Assembly: GCF_006345805.1 (NCBI RefSeq)
Contig: NC_043003.1
Coordinates: forward strand, 66,278,001 to 66,342,000
Source: Octopus sinensis
Taxonomy: Eukaryota
DNA length: 64,000 nucleotides
Direction: 5' to 3'
Below, in pieces: positions 56,247-64,000 of this stretch. A program made the translations under genes and the position numbers. Position 1 is the first letter of the stretch. The number at the start of each line of letters is the position of its first letter. The notes beneath the pieces were generated by a model. It searched no databases and was not told where the DNA came from. It saw only the letters and a list, made by a program, of their open reading frames with translations.

Positions 56247-56275
56247 TGTATGTATGTATGTAGTATGTATGTATG

Positions 56276-56307
<32 letters not shown>

Positions 56308-56403
56308 TGTGTGTGTATGTATGTATGGATGGATGGATGGATGGATTGATGTATGCATGTGTATATGTATGAATGTATATATATAAACACATGTATGTAT
56401 GTA

Positions 56404-56783
56404 CTGTAATCCATCGAATATCGCGGGTGTCACGTTCCAAACTCCCACCACGCGATAGGTGAAAATCCGTGAAGTAGAAGCAGTACTGTACTGTGCATAT
56501 TGTTTTTAATTATTTTTATAAGTTTATTATATATGCACGTAGCGGTTCGGCAAAAGAGACCGATAGAATAAGTACTGGGCTTACAAAGAATAAGTCCCGG
56601 GGTTGATTTGCTCGACTAAAGGCGGTGCTCCAGCATGGCCGCAGTCAAATGACTGAAACAAGTAAAAGAGTAAAGAGTAAAAGAGTATGCAAAACAACAC
56701 CACGGATGAATCGACGTAATCTGAAATAATAAACCACGACCGGTGAACCGCAATAGGTGACCCGCGATATGGCGAGGGATTAT
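56404..56783. mobile_element. Second copy of the MITE, interrupted by a 5'-truncated SINE (56538-56685)
   Basis: Colinear with 42380-42604; insert flanked by TATGCA duplication. Confidence 0.8.
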
Positions 56784-57169
56784 TTTATGTGTGTATTATG
56801 AAAGATTTCAGTTTAAACGAATCGGCCTAGTACATTTTTGAAAAAGTAATGTTATTTATGCAATTGGTGAGATTTGCCGAACTGCTAACTTACAAGGAAC
56901 ACCATCAACCAACATCGATTTTGTCGAGCGTTGTTTTTTGGGGACCCCCTCCCACACACACACATACATATATACGGCAAGCTTCTTTTAGTTTTCGTCT
57001 ACCAAATCCAATCACACGGCTTTGATCGGCCCGTGGATATATATAAAAAAGACACTAGTCCAAAATGACATGCAGTGGGAGTGAGCCCAGAGCTATGTGG
57101 TTAGGGAGCAGACTTCTTACCAAACAGCCAATGAATGCATGTCTGTTGATGTGTATAAATATGTATGTC

Positions 57170-57685
57170 TGAATCTACAAAAACCAATATACCCATCATG
57201 ACTTCCCGTCTGATAAGGCTACACCAGGTACGTGCATCACTGCAATATGTGCATGACTTGGTGATCTCATGCCTAGATAAAAAAAAAAACACTTCACCTT
57301 GCAGGTGGGGCCAAGTTAGGATTTTCTTCAGGTTGAGTAGCCTATGCCGCTCAAATGATTCCTGAATAAGGGTTGTTTGAGGAAGATGAACAAAACACCC
57401 TTGTTGCTAGAGTTGAATTATTCGAACCCCAAAATATTCTTTTCAACTCATGGCTATGATGTTTTCTCAATACTCCTCGTGATCAGAAATGCACCTATCG
57501 TCAGCTACTAAGGGACTTGCTCAACTAGTTATGGTCAAACAACTGACATACAAATCCGTGATATTGAACAGAACATTTGCTGTAGCCCGTCTTTTACATT
57601 AATACAAATTATCTGCATGCTAACGCTTCTGATTAGTTAAGATCAGAAGCAATGAGAACCAATGCCTGGTACTGCATCTGCACAT
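57170..57685 (-). mobile_element. Older copy of the same non-coding retroposon
   Basis: Colinear with 57960-58468; abuts (TAC)n. Confidence 0.6.
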
Positions 57686-57686
57686 T

Positions 57687-57718
<32 letters not shown>

Positions 57719-57726
57719 TTACTACG

Positions 57727-57791
<65 letters not shown>

Positions 57792-57858
57792 CTACTATTG
57801 AGGTCGATGAAATCGACTAGTTTATTCCCAACAAATTTCAGGCCTTGTACCTTGTAGA

Positions 57859-58581
<723 letters not shown>

Positions 58582-59227
58582 CCTTTTTTTTGTAAATGTG
58601 ACGATTCGTAGTTCACAAGTAACTAATAGAAAAGTTCATTCAAACGTGATTGACGTTATTTAAATGTTAATGTGTCAAAGTCTGCAATATATAACTGTAT
58701 TTAGACGTATTTAGACAACGATAAACTTGAAAATACAATGTGTCACATAACCAGACTGACTTTAAATAATTCACGAAGTATTTATCTCCAGCTTTTCATA
58801 CAGCTTCCTTTTGTTTTTGCTTAGGAAACCGCTGTAAAAGTCTCCTCCTTGACTAACTTCAAAAGCTTCTTTTCTATTAACTATTGAAACAAAAATAAAT
58901 AAAAAGAAGTCCTCCTGCAGGTCAGAAACACAGATTTCTTTCAACCTACAGCAAAAAAAATAAAGAGTAATTCTCGATAAATAGACAATGCCATTCTAAG
59001 CGCTATTAACAGTTTGTTAGCTCGTCGGGAAAATATACGCTGTCGGGCGATTAGCGATGGTTTTGTCATTTTAATGAGAAATTATACATATATCCTATGT
59101 ATTTTACGACCTTTTGTTGTGAATTTTATATATCAATATTTTGTTACATTTATTTTCATACGTATGCAAGCCTACTGCTATTTTAATGTGGTAATGAGAC
59201 TTATGAACTTTATATCAATCTATCTAA

Positions 59228-59267
<40 letters not shown>

Positions 59268-59522
59268 CTACCTACCTACCTACCTAGCTATATATGATGC
59301 GGCGAGAGAGAGAGCGATATAATATAGTCCTGAATATATATTTACTATATAGGTTACATATATCAAAACAGGAGCGTGTGTGAGCGTGTGTGGAGTGGAC
59401 ATGGCGGAAAGGTGTTGCTATAGCAGCCAGGTAGCTTCCTGTAACTTTCTTTTATTGCTGATCTTAGTTTCTTTTGGTGTATGAGGATGTCTCATATATA
59501 CATACATACATACATTCATACA

Positions 59523-59572
<50 letters not shown>

Positions 59573-60795
59573 CATACATATATATATGCATATATATATA
59601 TGCATACATACGGTTGTTTCAAGCGACTCCTTTAATTGAAAAATTGATCAATGAAAGCATTACATCATTACAAAGAAAACCGTTCTCCTCAGATGACAGC
59701 ATAAACCTCAAGCATAAACGACAAGTTAGATATTTAAACATATTCATATCATCAATATGATCTAACTTTTCATCTTACTTATACAAATGAAATTCATTTT
59801 TGTCATAAATTAATAAATAAAAAGTTAATAGTCTTTAAATTTTGCAAAGTTTGGGTAATTTGAGCCAATCGAAAGCCACAAAAATATTGGTGCCTGTTCC
59901 CACAGTAACATGCCAAGCTATAGTCTGCTTTCTAACCACGTGTATTTTATACATCTATTACTGTTTCATTTTCATAATTTTGTGCTGTGTATTTTTTCGA
60001 GAAATGACGGGATATCTTCGGTTGTGTTTTGCTTAAGGAACCGGGTATGAACCACTGCAATAAACATGAAATATGTTGGAGGGAAACTGGTCGAATCCCT
60101 GTTGAGACTGGCAGATTTGGACGATTGTTGAGATAAACGAACGAGACTTCTCAAAACGTAAATACAACCCAGGAAGGGTTAATACCTGAGAAGTGGGTTT
60201 TCGTGTATTGTGTCACGAGATCAGACATGTTTCTCGTTATGCGGTTTCATGACAGAATCACGAACTTCGAATTTTCACTGAAAAAATATATTCTTCATAC
60301 GAACTGAACTACAGTTTTTTTTTTGTCTATTTAACAGTCAGACTCGTCTTTTTGCAATTTAACGTTCAATTTGTTTTTCGAAATTTAAATCTCCTTTTAT
60401 TTTTATTTGCTTCTTTATACATTTATTTATTGTAATTTTCCGCATAAAAAAATTTTAAAAGACATAGAATTACTTGAGGATTTTCCCCATTTTTTTATAT
60501 TGTTCAGATGTCTGTTTCAACATTTCACATGTCTTTATTCATTAAAACTTTTTTAAAAGATCAGTCGCCGACGTAATGTTTTGTCTAACGTTCTCAATGA
60601 GAGCTATCACGCACAAAATCCCAACTTACAAACCTGATTTCTGACCGGGTAAAAAAGATTACACTTTAAATCTCTAAAAATTCTATTTATGTATAACAAC
60701 ATAAAAAGATGAGCGTACGCTCCAACGTCAGACACGTTCTCCGTTTACTTTGTAGCGTCAACCTAATGCGCTCCCTTTCAAACATACACGCACAC

Positions 60796-60877
<82 letters not shown>

Positions 60878-60960
60878 GTATCTATCTATCTGGCTATCTA
60901 TCTATCTCACTCTCTTGCATTTTCTCTCTCTCGCTTTCTCTCTCTCTCTCTCTCTTTCTC

Positions 60961-60993
<33 letters not shown>

Positions 60994-61516
60994 TTATACC
61001 CATGATAATAGCCATAATAAACACTGTCAGGGCTTCTTTCCTACTTAACCAGAATGTATAACATATATACATAAATTCAAGAACATACATACATTCATAC
61101 ACACACACACACATACATACTTACATACATACATACATACACATACATACACATACATACTTACATGTAAATATGTCTATATCCGAGTGTACATGAGGAA
61201 TGCGTGATCATTAGTTCTAGAATATAAACTTGCAAAGAGAATAGCTCGAAGGATTTAGTTTAAGTATCCTAACTCGTGGCAGAGATGCCCAGATGATAGA
61301 AGCATCTCTGCCGCTGAGCTTAAGCCGCCGTCTAAATCGGGTATCAGTTTCGCTCGCAGAAATGCATTCATTTCAAGATGTGTTTATCGCGTGTACACAC
61401 ACACACACACAAATATCCATTGTATATCCATTTTCGCTGCCCATCATTCCTAGTCACAATAGTCTATAAATGATAATATATGTCTATATACGTATACATA
61501 CACACGTACATATATA

Positions 61517-61560
<44 letters not shown>

Positions 61561-61788
61561 ATGTGTGTGTATATATGTATGGGTATATATATATATATAT
61601 GTATGTATGTATATATATTATATATATATATATATGTATGTATGTGTATATATGTATATATGTAGGTATGTGTGTTGTATGTATGTATGTGTCTATATCT
61701 ATATGTATATATATATACATATATAAATGCACGTATGTACATACAAATATATATATATATATACACACATATATATATATATAGATAT

Positions 61789-61833
<45 letters not shown>

Positions 61834-62801
61834 TTAAATATAATGTAACCTGTATTTATAAGTATATATATTTTATATGCGTGTACATATAGTATATATA
61901 TATATGTGTGTATGTGTGTGTGTTTGTTGAAGTGTTTGTATACGTGTTGCATGTAGGTATGTGTGTTTGTATGTATGTATGTATGTATATTCTTTCTTTC
62001 ATGAAGTAAGAGTTATATCCCTAATCAGGATCGTGATTAGTACATTTCTTCTCATTCCGCAGCAAGACGATCTCGATAACCATCATCATTAGTTTAAACA
62101 AACAACAAGAACAACGACAACAATAAATAAATTAATAAATATATAAATAAATAAAAAAATAAAATAAAATATAGGATATCATTCCTAACGTCAGCGTTTT
62201 TGTATTTTTCATTACAAACATCGTTGAATATAATAACGCAACGTATATGGGAGTCTCTAATCTGATTGTATACCATAACTATTTTAAGCAGATCTTGAGC
62301 AGATATGTATCAATTGCGCAGTATTACACAGTTACAAGCCTGTTGGATACAATTTAGATGTAATGATACACGAAATACACTGAACTTGCTATAGATCTTA
62401 ATGTCAAATCAGAAACTTAAGTAGCAGCCTTGTAACATACATACATAAGCGTCTTTGTGCGTTTAGGAAATCTGGCCGCCATTTATTCGTTTATTCAATG
62501 ATGTATTATATTATAACATTCATTCGCCATGATTGTAGTATCTGATTATAAAACGGTTTTAATTGAAATGTGTTTGTTTTTTTGTTTTTCGTGTCGTTTT
62601 CATTTATTTTATTTTATTATAGTTTTATTTATTAGACGCAAGGACATTTTTTTGTCTATATTTGCTGGTTCAAACTATGTATGAATGAATATATAAGAAA
62701 ATATCTTGCAAACTGGAAATCATAAATATTCATAAAGCTCTTACTTATACAAACGTATATAATTAAAGTGAGAGTATCTATGTATACATATTTGCCTATA
62801 A

Positions 62802-62883
<82 letters not shown>

Positions 62884-63013
62884 CATGTGTATGTGTGTGT
62901 GTGTATTACTTATGTTTGTATTTATGTTTTTATAAAAACAAACATGCATTAATCTGATGGTTCACTCTATTCTTTTCTTATTCTTAATCAAGAAAATTAT
63001 TGGTAGAGGCTTC

Positions 63014-63042
63014 GGAGCTTCGGCCAGCTAAGCCATCGTCAG
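63014..63042 (-). ncRNA. Partial hammerhead motif
   Basis: CTGACGA-T-GGCT...GGCC-GAAGCTC; no stem I seen. Confidence 0.35.
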
Positions 63043-63051
63043 TTTTATGTT

Positions 63052-63107
<56 letters not shown>

Positions 63108-63109
<2 letters not shown>

Positions 63110-63403
63110 TGTGATCCCCGTGACCGACCAGGCTATCAGAAGTTACTACACATCGCTGGTCACAATGCGCTTCGCATTGTTTTAGCCATCAAATGAAGCC
63201 ACTTCGCTGGCTAAGCAAGCAAGTCAACAGAAGAGTGAGAGAAGGTTGTGGCGAAAGAGTACAGCAAAAATCGCCACCAACCCCCTGCCGGAGCCTCGTG
63301 GAGATTTAAGTGTTTTCGCTCAATAAACAATCACAACGCCCGGTCTGGGAATCGAAACCGCGATCCTACGACCGCGAGTCCGCTACCCTAACTACTGAGC
63401 CAT
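63108..63403 (-). mobile_element. tRNA-derived SINE, fourth family
   Basis: Reverse complement begins TGGCTCAGTAGTTAGGG...GGTTTCGATTCCC; ends in (TA)n. Confidence 0.75.
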
Positions 63404-63404
63404 T

Positions 63405-63436
<32 letters not shown>

Positions 63437-63540
63437 TCAAAATATATAAACTGTTGTCTGGGGAGAGTCATTCGCTTTTAGTGTCTTATAATTTAACACA
63501 CACACCGGTAAAATTTCCACTCATTTACTGATTTAGTTTT

Positions 63541-63577
63541 CTAAAATTTTCGTTGCCTTTTGCAACCTTTTCGATAG
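63541..63577 (-). ncRNA. Degenerate hammerhead with U3-A8-type core
   Basis: CTA-TCGAAAA-G-GTTGCaaaagGCAAC-GAAAATTT-TAG; U4 is C in this copy. Confidence 0.45.
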
Positions 63578-64000
63578 TTGTTGGCTCTGTCCCTTATTCA
63601 AGCTGCGTTCTTTTTGTTTGTTTGTGTACATGTGTGTGGATCAGTGTGTGCGCGCATACACATGTATGTATGCATGCACGAGTGTGTATGTGTGTATGTA
63701 TGAATGTATGTGTGTGTGCATATGTATTTATATGTATGTGCTTACTTTTGTATGTATTCTGCATATTCATTTGTTTGCGTGTTCATGTTTGCGGGTATAT
63801 ACATATATATGTAGCATTTGTTAAAACCTGTCCCTCTCGGGTTTTCTTTCTGTCGCACACACACACACACTCACTCACGCACTCATTATTCCTGAGTATG
63901 AATAGGGTGTGAATCATTGAGACGTACACAAGCACAACGGAATTGTGTACACATCAATGTATTCGACTACGTCTGGGATTATGCTAGGATTTTATCGTTG

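Overview
AT-rich, repeat-saturated metazoan DNA with a 100-N gap at 28983-29082. The SINE families, microsatellite load and R4/Dong and Penelope content suggest a cephalopod (Octopus-like) genome; this is inference. Almost all ORF-track entries are translated microsatellites. Supported content: (i) three phase-compatible minus-strand exons of an unidentified host gene (18288-18192, 16887-16842, 12878-12688); (ii) Penelope-like retroelements (PLEs) of at least three kinds, one young with an open GIY-YIG frame and a 224-bp inverted pseudo-LTR; (iii) R4/Dong-type REL LINE fragments sitting in trinucleotide microsatellites; (iv) many tRNA-derived SINEs, including head-to-tail arrays with a 184-bp period; (v) non-autonomous Helitrons and MITEs. 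The main hidden signal is about 15 minimal type-I hammerhead ribozyme (HHR) motifs from about 8 unrelated sequence families. They lie in PLE pseudo-LTRs or in short non-coding modules between (TA)n tracts. Several have non-canonical cores: a G3-C8 swap, a U3-A8 swap, and a family-wide loss of A6. HHRs in PLEs are established knowledge; the diversity and variant cores are what merit follow-up. All folds were read by eye and none has been tested.
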